A DNA stretch of 64,000 nt from Candidatus Latescibacterota bacterium. GTDB lineage: Bacteria; Krumholzibacteriota; Krumholzibacteriia; WVZY01; JAKEHA01. Shown here in pieces: positions 10,444 to 20,266 of the stretch (position 1 is the first letter of the stretch; each line of letters starts with the position of its first letter). Below the pieces are notes generated by a model. It was given only the letters and a program-made list of their open reading frames with translations. It ran no database searches and was not told the DNA's origin. Made by a program: the position numbers and the translations under genes. The DNA is taken from NCBI GenBank assembly GCA_963707635.1, contig OY970173.1:2112001-2176000 (forward strand), in the 5' to 3' direction.

Positions 10444-11589
10444 TCAGGCAGCGACTACCTCTTCGAACAGCTTCGAGTACTGGGCTGCAGTGCGCTCGAT
10501 GGAATACCGGGCGCCGACGCGCTCGCGGGCGCGCGCGGCCACGCGCGCCGCTTCCCCGGGGTTGTCGAGAACATGCGCGATCCGGTCCGCGAGGGCAAGC
10601 TCGTTCGCCGGCGGTATCAGCCACCCGGTCCGTCCGTCCGCCACCACTTCCGGAATCGATCCGACCGCGCTGGCGATCACCGGGATGCCCACCGCCATCG
10701 CCTCCAGGACGGCGAGCGGCAGGGTCTCCACCACCGCGCGCGACGGCAGGACCAGCGCGTCGCTCGCGTGCAACAGGCGCGCCACGTCGTCGCGCACGCC
10801 GAGGAAATCGACGCGGTCGGAGATCGCCAGCGCCGCCGCCCGCTCTTCCAGCAGATGCCGGCGTGGTCCGCCGCCCGCCACCAGCGCCCGCACCCGGCGG
10901 CCGCGTGCGCGCAGGGCGGCCACGGCCTCGAGGAGCGACTCGTGCGCCTTCTCCGGGCGCAGCGCGGCGACCATCACGACCACCGACTCGCCCGCGCCTA
11001 TCCCGAGCTCGGCCCGCGCGCGCTCCCTCGCCGCCGGGCTCACGGGAGTCCACGCGCCCAGGTCGATCCCGTTCTCGATCACGACCAGGCGCCGACGGTC
11101 GATCCCCTCACTCGCATTCAGGTACCCGGCGTGGCTCTCCGACACGGCCACGACGCGGGTCGTAAACTCCATCATTACACGGTCGCTCGGACGAAAACTC
11201 TTGCGCACGGTTCCGTCGCGCCCGGCGAGCCCGGTCGAGTGCGAGGCCACCACCGACGCCCGCGCCCCCGCGAGAATCCCGGCGATGCGTCCCACCAGCA
11301 TGGCATCGTGGTGGTCGAGGCAAAACACGACGTGCGGTCGCTGCGCGCGCAGGCGCCGCGTCAGGCGGGCGAGCGCGCGCGAGTCGCGCGGGCGCTTGCA
11401 CAGCTGCTCGGTGCCCCCGAACCCCCGTTCGAACAGTGCGCGGCCGACGGGTCCGGCGCCGCGCAGGAAATAGAGGCGGGTCTCGAATCGGTCGCGCGGA
11501 AGCCGGTCGAGCACTCCGGCCGTGACGCGCTCGGCACCGCCGACGCCGAACGTCGATGCCACCAGCGCGATGCGGATGGTGCCCACCAC
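10444..11589 (-). CDS. Glycosyltransferase family 4
   Basis: GGAERV, ETLPLAVLEAMAVG. Confidence 0.9.
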   Translation of the reverse strand: MVGTIRIALVASTFGVGGAERVTAGVLDRLPRDRFETRLYFLRGAGPVGRALFERGFGGTEQLCKRPRDSRALARLTRRLRAQRPHVVFCLDHHDAMLVGRIAGILAGARASVVASHSTGLAGRDGTVRKSFRPSDRVMMEFTTRVVAVSESHAGYLNASEGIDRRRLVVIENGIDLGAWTPVSPAARERARAELGIGAGESVVVMVAALRPEKAHESLLEAVAALRARGRRVRALVAGGGPRRHLLEERAAALAISDRVDFLGVRDDVARLLHASDALVLPSRAVVETLPLAVLEAMAVGIPVIASAVGSIPEVVADGRTGWLIPPANELALADRIAHVLDNPGEAARVAARARERVGARYSIERTAAQYSKLFEEVVAA

Positions 11590-11596
11590 GCGGCGC

Positions 11597-12643
11597 CTAG
11601 GCGCCTTCGGCCCCCCCCGAGTGGCTGGTGATCGGCTCGATGTCGATCATGCGGCCGTCTTCCCGGATCGACTCCATCGCCGCTTCCAGCACACGCACTA
11701 CCTCGAGGCCATGGACCCCCGAACTGCGCGGCGGCACTCCCTTCTCCACGCAGTCGAGGAAGTGCTGGCACGCGACCTTCAGCGGCTCCGCGTCGTCGAG
11801 GCGCGGGATGGTGATGTCTCCGTAACGGTAGGACAGCTGAAACTCGCCGAACGTGTCGTAGTGAGGCGTCACGGTGACGCCCTTGTCGTAGATCCGAATC
11901 TTCTCGAGCGCGCTCACGTCGTCGTACACCAGCATCTTCTTGCTGCCCACCACGGTGGTGGATCGAATCTTGTTCGGGTTGAGCCAGCTCACGTGCACGT
12001 GCGCCAGTATGCCGCCGGGGTAGCGCAGCGTGAGAAAGGCGACGTCCTCGACCCCCTTGCGAATGTACGAGTTCGCCTGCGTCGCCACCGATTCCGGCAT
12101 CCGGTTCAGGATGTAATTCAGGATCGAGACGTCGTGGGGCGCGAGGTCCCAGACCACGCTGATATGCTCCTGGAAGATGCCGAGGTTGACGCGGGTCGTG
12201 CTGATGTAGAGGATCTCGCCCAGCTCGCCCGAGTCGATCACTTCCTTGATCTTGTTCACCGCCGCCGTGTAGACGAACGTGTGCCCCACCAGCAGCACCC
12301 GTCCGGCCTTCCGCGCCGCCGCCACCATCGCGGCTCCGTCGGCCGCCGACGTCGACAGCGGCTTTTCCACGAACACGTGCTTGCCCGCTCGCAGCGCTTC
12401 CTGGGTGAGGGTGGTATGCGTCTCCGGCGGGGTCGCGACCACGACCGCGTCGACATCGCTGCGCGCCAGCACGCGGCGAAAATCGGTCGAGGTCTCGATG
12501 CGCGGGTAGAGGCTGTGCATATGGGCGAGGCGTTCCTCGCTCAAGTCCGAGCAGATCAGGACTTCGGAGCCCTTCAGATGCGAGAAATTTCGAATGAGGT
12601 TGGGGCCCCAGTACCCACAACCGATCACACCGATGCGAACCAC
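11597..12643 (-). CDS. Gfo/Idh/MocA NAD-dependent oxidoreductase (nucleotide-sugar dehydrogenase-like)
   Basis: GVIGCGYWG, HVFVEKP, WDLAPHD. GTG start with AGGAG RBS. Confidence 0.9.
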   Translation of the reverse strand: MVRIGVIGCGYWGPNLIRNFSHLKGSEVLICSDLSEERLAHMHSLYPRIETSTDFRRVLARSDVDAVVVATPPETHTTLTQEALRAGKHVFVEKPLSTSAADGAAMVAAARKAGRVLLVGHTFVYTAAVNKIKEVIDSGELGEILYISTTRVNLGIFQEHISVVWDLAPHDVSILNYILNRMPESVATQANSYIRKGVEDVAFLTLRYPGGILAHVHVSWLNPNKIRSTTVVGSKKMLVYDDVSALEKIRIYDKGVTVTPHYDTFGEFQLSYRYGDITIPRLDDAEPLKVACQHFLDCVEKGVPPRSSGVHGLEVVRVLEAAMESIREDGRMIDIEPITSHSGGAEGA

Positions 12644-12675
12644 GGTAGCGTACTCCTGTGTGGTGAGGAAGCGGG

Positions 12676-13425
12676 TCAGTACCCGCCAAAACCGAACAAC
12701 ATGACCGGGATCGTGCGCAGGATGATCTTCACGTCGAGCGTGAGGGACCAGTTCTCGATATAGTAAAGATCCAGCATCACCATCTCGTCGAACGGCACGG
12801 TGCTGCGCCCGCTCACCTGCCACAGCCCGGTGAGCCCGGGCTTCACGGCGAGCCGGCCGCGGTGCCACTCTTTGTAGTGGGCCAGCTCGTAGGCCAGCGG
12901 TGGGCGCGGGCCGACGAGCGTCATCTCTCCGCGCAAGACGTTAATGAACTGCGGCAGCTCGTCGAGGCTGCTCTTGCGCAGAAAGCGCCCGATCGACGTT
13001 ACGCGCGGATCGTGCTGGATCTTGAACACGCGTTTGCTTTCGCCGGCGGACTCGTGCATGAGTCGACCGGTGATGAACTCCTGCGCGAAGTCCCGGTGCA
13101 AGCTGTCGCTGTTGTCCGCGACCATGGTCCGGAACTTGTAGAACTTGAACGGCTCCCCGTCCCGGCCGACGCGGTCCTGGACGAACAGCACCGGCCCTTC
13201 CGAGGTGAGCTTGATGAGAGCGGCGATGAGGGCATAAAACGGCAGACCCAGAACGATCACCGCCAGCGCGAATAGCATGTCGATGGACCGTTTCACCGCG
13301 AACGCACCCAGCCGCCGATCGGGCAGCGAGGTCGCCAGCGGGTACGAACCCTGGACCGCGTCCGTCGCGTAGAGCGGGATCACTTTCTGGTCGGAGTATC
13401 TGAACGTTGCAAGGTTCTTCTTCAC
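12676..13425 (-). CDS. Phosphoglycosyl transferase (Bac_transf, short form)
   Basis: KRSIDM, FYKFRTM, DPRVT, SLDELPQ, GPRP, KPGLTGLWQVSGR, DLYY. GTG start with GGAAGG RBS. Confidence 0.92.
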   Translation of the reverse strand: MKKNLATFRYSDQKVIPLYATDAVQGSYPLATSLPDRRLGAFAVKRSIDMLFALAVIVLGLPFYALIAALIKLTSEGPVLFVQDRVGRDGEPFKFYKFRTMVADNSDSLHRDFAQEFITGRLMHESAGESKRVFKIQHDPRVTSIGRFLRKSSLDELPQFINVLRGEMTLVGPRPPLAYELAHYKEWHRGRLAVKPGLTGLWQVSGRSTVPFDEMVMLDLYYIENWSLTLDVKIILRTIPVMLFGFGGY

Positions 13426-13457
13426 GGGTGCTGACCTTCCGAATCTGGTGGTGCAAT

Positions 13458-14579
13458 TCAGACTGATACTTCGACCCTCTTGAGGAGCACATCGGCGGTG
13501 TAATCGACCTGGTCGTTCGTCAGCTCCGGGAAGACGGGCAACGACACCAGGCTCTTCGACAACGACTCGCTCACCGCAAACGACTCGCCCGTGCGAACGA
13601 GGTGTCGATACGCGGTGTGCCGATGCGCGGGCGGAACGATATGCTTGCCCCATCCGATTCCGGCCGCGGTGAGAGCTTCCTGGACGGCGCGCTGGCGCGG
13701 GTGCCGCGCCGCGAGAATGTGATACACGGGTACGGACCCGGGCACCCGAGCCTGAAACACGAACTCCGTTCCCTGCAGGCGCGATTGGTAGCGCTCCGCG
13801 ATCTCGCGCCGGCGCTGATTCCAGCGGTCGAGATGCGGGAGCTTGACGCCCAGCACCGCGGCCTTGAGGGTATCGAGCCGGTAGTTGTAACCGACGGCCG
13901 GAAACACGTTGGGCTCGAACTGACCGTGGTGCCGAAGCGCTTTCACCTTCGCGGCGAGCTCGGGGTCGTTGGTCGTGAGTGCCCCTCCGTCGCCGATCGT
14001 CCCCAGATTCTTGGTCGGGTAGAACGAGAACGCGGCCGCGTGGCCGAACGAACCCACTCTGCGCCCGACGAACGTGGCCCCGTGCGCCTGGCAGGCGTCC
14101 TCGACGATCGCGATTCCATGGCGGGACGCGATACTCGAGATCGACTCCATGTCGCACGGTTGCCCGTACAGATGAACCGGGATGACGGCTTTGGTACGAG
14201 GCGTGATCGCCCGCTCCAGGCGGGAAGGATCCAGACCGAAGGTCTCCGGCGATACGTCGACGAGCACCGGCGTCGCGCCGGTGTACACGATCGCTTCGAC
14301 GGTCGCAATGAACGAGTTCGGGACGGTGATCACTTCGTCGCCGGGCCCGATTCCGAGTGCCACCAGCGCCAGGTGCAGCGCGGCAGTTCCGGAACTGAGA
14401 CCCACCGCGAACTCGCATTCGCAGTAACGAGCAAACTCCCGCTCGAAATCGTCGAGCGACGCTCCGAGGATGAAGTCACCACGGTCGATCGTGCGTTCCA
14501 CGGCCGCGTTGATTTCGTCGCGAAGCTCTCGGTGTTGCAGCGTCAGGTCCAGGAAGGGGACCGTTCGCTTCTGCCCCAT
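13458..14579 (-). CDS. DegT/DnrJ/EryC1/StrS PLP-dependent sugar aminotransferase
   Basis: SSGTAAL, PVHLYG, EDACQAHG, SFYPTKNLG. Confidence 0.93.
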   Translation of the reverse strand: MGQKRTVPFLDLTLQHRELRDEINAAVERTIDRGDFILGASLDDFEREFARYCECEFAVGLSSGTAALHLALVALGIGPGDEVITVPNSFIATVEAIVYTGATPVLVDVSPETFGLDPSRLERAITPRTKAVIPVHLYGQPCDMESISSIASRHGIAIVEDACQAHGATFVGRRVGSFGHAAAFSFYPTKNLGTIGDGGALTTNDPELAAKVKALRHHGQFEPNVFPAVGYNYRLDTLKAAVLGVKLPHLDRWNQRRREIAERYQSRLQGTEFVFQARVPGSVPVYHILAARHPRQRAVQEALTAAGIGWGKHIVPPAHRHTAYRHLVRTGESFAVSESLSKSLVSLPVFPELTNDQVDYTADVLLKRVEVSV

Positions 14580-14635
14580 CGATGACACCCGGATACCCCT
14601 ATCGGATGGTCCTTCCCCTTAGCGCGAGTCAGTTG

Positions 14636-14644
14636 ATTCTAGCA
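14636..14644 (-). promoter_or_regulatory. Candidate extended -10 promoter (TGcTAGAAT) for the degT sub-operon
   Basis: Lies in the AT-richer 130-nt gap between the GT4 and degT genes. Confidence 0.45.
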
Positions 14645-14711
14645 CACTTACAAAGCCCCATCCAGCCGTTTTTTCGCGTACGGACGGCTTTTCCAAGGCC
14701 CGGGCAGGCGC

Positions 14712-15929
14712 TTACCCGGCAAGGCGTTCCACGCACGCGCGCAGCCCCGGGCCGCGCGCCTCGGGCCCGTAGGCCCTCCAGGCGTGGTCGCGGGCCCGGG
14801 CCGCGAGCCGGGCGGCGAACTGGGGATCGTCGAGCAGGCGGGCGACGTGGGAGCGATAGTCCGCCGGCGTTCTTGCCACCAGCACGTGCTGCCCGGCGTC
14901 CAGCGCCATCCCCTCGACGGCGGCCGGCGACGCCACCACCGGTAACCCCGCCGCCATGGCCTCGATGATCCGGATGCGCAACCCTCCGCCGTAGCGAAGC
15001 GGGACCACCAGGCACGCGGCGCGCTCCAGAAACGCGCGCAGGTCGCGGGCGTGACCCGCCACCTCGACGTTGGGCGCGCCCGCGAACGACTCCAGCCCGG
15101 GCGGCAGTTCCCCGCCGACGACGGTGAAGCGGATCCCCTCGATGGCGGAGAGCCCCGGATGGAGGTCGCGCGCGAAGTGAATCAGCGCGTCGCGATTGAA
15201 GGCGGCCCCCATCGCCCCGACGAACAGCACCTCGCGCGAGGCGCGCGGACCCGCCGCGGGCGCAAAACTGGCGGCAGGCAGACCGAACGGAAGCACCTCC
15301 ACCTGCGCGTTCCCGGCCGTGAGTGCGCGGGCGGCGTCGGCGTCCCGCGTCGTGAGCGCCAGGATGCGCCGCGAGCGCCGGTACGCGTGCCGTTCCTCGC
15401 GCCGCTCCATCCGCCACCGCGCCAGCGCTGCTGCGCGCGCCCACACTCCGCGCTCGAGGCGGGCGCGTTCGCGGTTGACCAGGAAATCGATGTCGTGCGT
15501 GAGCAGCACCGTTCGCTCGGGCGCGAAGACGTCGAAGAGCGGGTACAGCTGCCAGTATTCGAGCACGACCAGGTCGAACCCCTCGCTCACCAGTGCGCGC
15601 GCCGCGCGCACGAGCGACCCCGGACAGTCGTACTGGCTCTTGAGCGAGCGCCCGGTGAAGAACGCGCGCAGCAGGTAGCCGGCTCGAAAGGCGACGCGGG
15701 CGGCGAGGCGGGTGCGATTGAGTGGGAGCACGGTGACGACGCGCACGCCGCGCGTGGTCAACTCGCGCGCCAGCGCTTCCTCGCGCGGGTCGAGAAGGCG
15801 CGCCAGCACGGTCACGTCGTGCGCGTCGGCGAGCGCCTCCACGATCGCGAACGATACCACCTTCGTCCCCTGGTCGGGCGGGTACGGCAGCACCGGTTTG
15901 ACAAGGAGGATCTTCTTGCGCGCCGTCAT
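14712..15929 (-). CDS. Glycosyltransferase family 4 (type common in PEP-CTERM/EPS loci)
   Basis: LPYPPDQG N-terminus, VVPLRYGGGLRIRIIEAMAAG. Confidence 0.88.
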   Translation of the reverse strand: MTARKKILLVKPVLPYPPDQGTKVVSFAIVEALADAHDVTVLARLLDPREEALARELTTRGVRVVTVLPLNRTRLAARVAFRAGYLLRAFFTGRSLKSQYDCPGSLVRAARALVSEGFDLVVLEYWQLYPLFDVFAPERTVLLTHDIDFLVNRERARLERGVWARAAALARWRMERREERHAYRRSRRILALTTRDADAARALTAGNAQVEVLPFGLPAASFAPAAGPRASREVLFVGAMGAAFNRDALIHFARDLHPGLSAIEGIRFTVVGGELPPGLESFAGAPNVEVAGHARDLRAFLERAACLVVPLRYGGGLRIRIIEAMAAGLPVVASPAAVEGMALDAGQHVLVARTPADYRSHVARLLDDPQFAARLAARARDHAWRAYGPEARGPGLRACVERLAG

Positions 15930-17035
15930 GCCGGGATCCCGCGCGCGAGGCGTTCGTAGAGTGCGCTCATGGTCTCGACCTGCCGCTCGAGTGTGAACCG
16001 TTCTTCGAAGCGCCGGCGCGCGTTTGCGCCCAGGCGCTCGCGCAGCGGCGCGCTTTCGATGAGGCGCGCGAGCGCCGCCGACAGCGCGGGCGCGTCTTCC
16101 GGCGGCACCAGGAGTCCGGTTTCGCCGTCGACCACCACCTCGGGAATCCCGTACACGTTGCTTGCGACCACCGGAAGCGAGCTGGCCATCGCCTCCAGGA
16201 TGACGTACGGCAAGCCTTCCATCGCGGACGGGAGCACGAGTGCGTCCGCCGCCGAGAGGTGTTGCTCCACCTGCGCCGGGGACTGCCGTCCGAGGAACGT
16301 GACCCGCGACGCCAGACCGAGACGATCGGCGAGCTCGCGACAGCGCGTCTCGTCGGGCCCGGCGCCCACGACGCGCAGGCGCCAGCCGCTCGTCACCTTC
16401 GAGAGCGCCTCAAGCGTGGTGTGCAACCCCTTGTGTGCGATTATGTTTCCGACGAATACCAGGGTGAGGTCGCCGCCGCCGGGCCGCGCGGGGCGCGCCG
16501 ACCCGAACCCGAATGGGATCCCGTTGGGAACCACCCGGACCCGCTCGGCCGGCACACGCTGGCGTTCGACCAGGCACGCGGCGTTCGCCCGCGTCATCGT
16601 CACGGCGACGTCCACGGAGCGCATCGCGAGTCGCTTGAGCGCCCGGCGCTTCCACAGGGGAGGCACCATGGGCAGGTGCTCGGTGGTAACCACGCGCGCG
16701 CCCGCCGCGCGGGCGATCGGGGCAAGCAGGGCGTTCTGACCGCTGTACGGGCCCGGCATGTTGACGTGCACGACGTGCGGGGCGAGACGGTCGAGTTCCC
16801 GCCACACGCGCGGCGCGTCGTCCAGCCGCCACGGCAAGCGCATCGGCGCGCGCACGACCCGAATTCCTTCCGCGGCCAGGCCCGTCGCCCACGCGTCCAG
16901 TGCCCCATCCTGGCCATCGCCCATCAGCAACGAGACCGAGAAGCGATTTCGATCCAGCGCGGTGGCGAGACGCGACACGTAGTACTCCGCCCCGCCGAGA
17001 AACGGGGCATCGACGCCGAAGCAGAGCCGGATCAC
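15926..17035 (-). CDS. Glycosyltransferase family 4
   Basis: GTG start overlaps the upstream TGA. FLGGAEYY, EGLPYVILEAMA. Confidence 0.9.
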   Translation of the reverse strand: MIRLCFGVDAPFLGGAEYYVSRLATALDRNRFSVSLLMGDGQDGALDAWATGLAAEGIRVVRAPMRLPWRLDDAPRVWRELDRLAPHVVHVNMPGPYSGQNALLAPIARAAGARVVTTEHLPMVPPLWKRRALKRLAMRSVDVAVTMTRANAACLVERQRVPAERVRVVPNGIPFGFGSARPARPGGGDLTLVFVGNIIAHKGLHTTLEALSKVTSGWRLRVVGAGPDETRCRELADRLGLASRVTFLGRQSPAQVEQHLSAADALVLPSAMEGLPYVILEAMASSLPVVASNVYGIPEVVVDGETGLLVPPEDAPALSAALARLIESAPLRERLGANARRRFEERFTLERQVETMSALYERLARGIPA

Positions 17036-19578
17036 GGGCGTCCCCCGGAGCCCACGACGGCATCGGCGACCACCAGCGTCGCACACGGCCTGCCCGAGTA
17101 GTGATCCCGGTTGAACAGGAGGTCGTCGAGGTGGAAGTTGGGCAGGAGCGACTCCCGTTCGACCTTCACTTCGACGCGATAGGTCCCCGGCCGGGTCGCG
17201 CCCGGAACGGCGACGACGAAGCGTTCGCACAACGCCGTTCCCATCGGCCACACGTCCGGCTCGAACACGCCGTGGCCCGGGCGCACGTCGGCGCGAAAGC
17301 GAACGAACGAGCCGGACCACCGCTCGCGGGCGCGCCGCAGGTACTTCTCGCCGGGCACGCCCCGCCGTGCCGGCACGCTGGTGTGGTCGAAGCGCAGGTG
17401 AATCACGAAGGGAAAGCCGAAGGCGCAGGGCTCGTCCCTCCGGTAACCGATCGTCACCACCACCGAGTCTCCGGGCAGCACCCGCGGCGGCGACACCGAC
17501 ACCCCGGTCAGGCTGAACACGTCGCCGGGAACCGGCACGTCGCACGGGAGAGCGTCCACGGGGCCGAACGCGACCGGCGGCGCCGGCCCCAGGGCCGGTT
17601 GCGGGGCGATCCCGTCGGGCTGAAAGCGGAACGCCACCGCGTCCCCGTCCGCGAGCACGCGCAGGAAACACGCCGGCATGGACTCGATGCGCGCAACCGC
17701 CGGCTCGAAGAGAGCAGGAAGCCAGTACGACAGCACCCCGGTCGGCCCCTCGCCGGCCCCCCGGCTCACCACGACGTAGTCGACGGCGTAGCGGCGGCAC
17801 GCCGCCGGCGCCGCGCTTCCAATCGCGAAGGGCGAAAGCGCGTCGCGCACGGCGCGAAGGCGATCGAGCGCGTACGGGTCGTACGGATTCGCGTGCTGTT
17901 CGTAGAGCGCCACGAAGCGGTGCGTGGTGCAGGCACTCAGCTCGTAGCTGGTGGCGGGGTCGGAGAGAATCGTGCTGCCGGGCGGAAGCCTGCGCGCCCA
18001 CTCGGCCAGGGCGGTCGGGCAAAGACCGGCCCGTGCCGGCGGGCGGCGCACGCGTCCGGCGTCGGCGGCAAACGCGCGCACGGACGGGGCCAGAAACACG
18101 AGCGCCCACCACGCGATGGCGATCGCCGTGACCACCCGGCGCAGCGCGCTGCCCCGTCGCGCCGACCGCACGCTCCACACCACCACCAGGACCAGCGCGG
18201 GAACGACCGGCGCGTTCAAGAGCACGCGCAATACCATGTAGCTGGCGCGCGCGAAGAACGGCGTGGCGAGCCACGGCACGAACGCCAGCGCGAGCGGCAG
18301 TATCGAAAACGCCAGCGTGAGCGGCGCGCGGCGGTCCGAGCGCCGCGCGGGCACGAGCAAACCCACGAGCAGGATTCCGCCGAGAAACACGAGGCCGTGT
18401 TCACGCAGTACTTCCATCGGGCTCGCGACCATCCAGCCCTTGCCCACCGTCATCATTCCCTGCACGTGGGTGTGGATTTCATTCGCGGCGCCCCGTTCCC
18501 CGGCCAGGCGCGCGACGGCGGCCGCCCCGCACGACGCGGCGACCAGCAGCGCCACCCGGGTGCGCGCCGCCCGCGGCAGCATCGCCATGCCTCCGAAAAG
18601 CGCGAGCGTGCACGCGAGCACGAAACCGTGTGCCGCCACGCCGAGGTGCACCAGGGTACCGCCCGCGCCGACAAGCGTGAGCAGCGCCGCGCCCGCCCGC
18701 GAGAGCCTGCCCGTGGCCGCGCGCACCGCCAGCGCGGCCATCACCCAGTACCAGGTGGCGGCGAGATTCTGTCCGTACGCGGAGGTCGGCGCGAGCTGCC
18801 ACACGGTGCCGCCATAGGAAAGCGCGAAGAGCACGATGCACGCGGCGAGCATTCCCCCTCCCCCGACGAAGGTCGCCGCGAAGGCGGCGAACGCGAGCAC
18901 CGCGGCCGGAAACATGACGACGGGAAACCAGACCCAGGTCGTCGCGGGATCGCTCCCCGCGAGTACGGTGATCGAGGCGAGCAGCGAGTGCAGGCTGCCC
19001 TTGCGGGGATCGCCCGGCAGGGCGGCCGGCGCGTCCTCGGGCCACGCGAGCACTCCGTCCGGACGCATGGAGTCGAAGTCAACGGCTCGCCGCAGGTAGC
19101 CGATGTGGTCCAGCGCGTCTTCGTTCGGCGCGAGCGTCGGCCGGGCCAGGACGGCGATCGCCGCCAGCGCCATGACGACGAGCGCTCCGGCCATCACCCG
19201 CCGCCCGCCGATGACGCGCGCGCGGTGCCGACGGAGAACGGTCACGATCACCGCCAGATACGCCGCGAGCAGCGCCCACACCGTCGCGTCCGTATAGCTG
19301 GAGAGGCGGCACCCGGCGCGCCACGCGGCTTCCGATGCAATCGCGTGCACGGAGAGCGCGCCGACGATCGACAGCGGGTACGCGAGGAGGAATGAAGGAG
19401 TCGTAACGCGCGCGGAAACGATCGCCAGCGCCACCGCGGCGGGCGCGACGATGACGCCGATGAACACCGTGATCACCCGCGCCGCTTCCGGGGCGGCGCC
19501 GAGCCAGCCGGCCGCCGCCAGCCCGGTGGCGGCGAATCCGATTCCGGCCGCCGCGGCGGTGAAGACGGAGTGTTTCAA
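17032..19578 (-). CDS. Large polytopic membrane protein with a C-terminal Ig-like domain, probable GT-C glycosyltransferase
   Basis: TTG start overlaps the GT2 stop. Many TM helices, loop motif NEDALDHIGY, and C-terminal PGDSVVVTIGY...WPMG...PGTYRVEV. Confidence 0.6.
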   Translation of the reverse strand: MKHSVFTAAAAGIGFAATGLAAAGWLGAAPEAARVITVFIGVIVAPAAVALAIVSARVTTPSFLLAYPLSIVGALSVHAIASEAAWRAGCRLSSYTDATVWALLAAYLAVIVTVLRRHRARVIGGRRVMAGALVVMALAAIAVLARPTLAPNEDALDHIGYLRRAVDFDSMRPDGVLAWPEDAPAALPGDPRKGSLHSLLASITVLAGSDPATTWVWFPVVMFPAAVLAFAAFAATFVGGGGMLAACIVLFALSYGGTVWQLAPTSAYGQNLAATWYWVMAALAVRAATGRLSRAGAALLTLVGAGGTLVHLGVAAHGFVLACTLALFGGMAMLPRAARTRVALLVAASCGAAAVARLAGERGAANEIHTHVQGMMTVGKGWMVASPMEVLREHGLVFLGGILLVGLLVPARRSDRRAPLTLAFSILPLALAFVPWLATPFFARASYMVLRVLLNAPVVPALVLVVVWSVRSARRGSALRRVVTAIAIAWWALVFLAPSVRAFAADAGRVRRPPARAGLCPTALAEWARRLPPGSTILSDPATSYELSACTTHRFVALYEQHANPYDPYALDRLRAVRDALSPFAIGSAAPAACRRYAVDYVVVSRGAGEGPTGVLSYWLPALFEPAVARIESMPACFLRVLADGDAVAFRFQPDGIAPQPALGPAPPVAFGPVDALPCDVPVPGDVFSLTGVSVSPPRVLPGDSVVVTIGYRRDEPCAFGFPFVIHLRFDHTSVPARRGVPGEKYLRRARERWSGSFVRFRADVRPGHGVFEPDVWPMGTALCERFVVAVPGATRPGTYRVEVKVERESLLPNFHLDDLLFNRDHYSGRPCATLVVADAVVGSGGRP

Positions 19579-20246
19579 GCGAACCGCTTCGTGACCAGAA
19601 AGAGCAGATTCCGAAACCCGTCCCGCCACTTCTGGAGTTTCACCTCTCCCACGCGGGGATGGTAGTCGATGGGATACTCCCCGAAACGGACCTGCGGGTG
19701 GCGGATCGCTTCGATCTTGATCTCTTCCGAAAACGCCATCCCGTCGCTCTTGACCGTCAGTTTCTGATACACCGGCGAGCGAAACACCCACATCCCCGAT
19801 TGCGAATCCCGCACCGCCCGGCCGTACAGGATCGCCATGCCGATCGTGAGCACGAGGTTCCCGACCTTGTTGGAGAAGTTCATTGCGCGTGGATTCCGCA
19901 GCGGGAAGCGCGACGCGCTGACGAAATCCAGTTCGCGTTCCACGAGGTGGTCCACCAGCTCGGGAATCTGCTCGGCCGGGTAGGTGCCGTCCCCGTCCAG
20001 GGTGACGGTCACGTCGCCGGTGACGGCGGGAAGCCCCGCCTGGTAGGCGGCGCCGTAGCCCTTGCGACGCTCGAATACCACCCGCGCGCCCAGCGAGCGC
20101 GCGGTCTCGGCGGTGCGATCGGTGCTGTTGTTGTCCACCACCACGACTTCGTCGACGCAGGCGGGCAGCTGGCCGATGGTGTGGCGAATCCCCTGCTCCT
20201 CGTTATAGCACGGAATCACGACGCTGATTTTCAAACCAAGGTGCAT
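19575..20246 (-). CDS. GT2 polyprenol-phosphate glycosyltransferase (DPM1-like)
   Basis: ISVVIPCYNEE, VVDNNSTD, GYGAA, LDGDGTY, DSQSG, RVGEVK. AGGAGG RBS. Confidence 0.9.
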   Translation of the reverse strand: MHLGLKISVVIPCYNEEQGIRHTIGQLPACVDEVVVVDNNSTDRTAETARSLGARVVFERRKGYGAAYQAGLPAVTGDVTVTLDGDGTYPAEQIPELVDHLVERELDFVSASRFPLRNPRAMNFSNKVGNLVLTIGMAILYGRAVRDSQSGMWVFRSPVYQKLTVKSDGMAFSEEIKIEAIRHPQVRFGEYPIDYHPRVGEVKLQKWRDGFRNLLFLVTKRFA

Positions 20247-20266
20247 GGTCGCCTCCTGTCGGCGGT

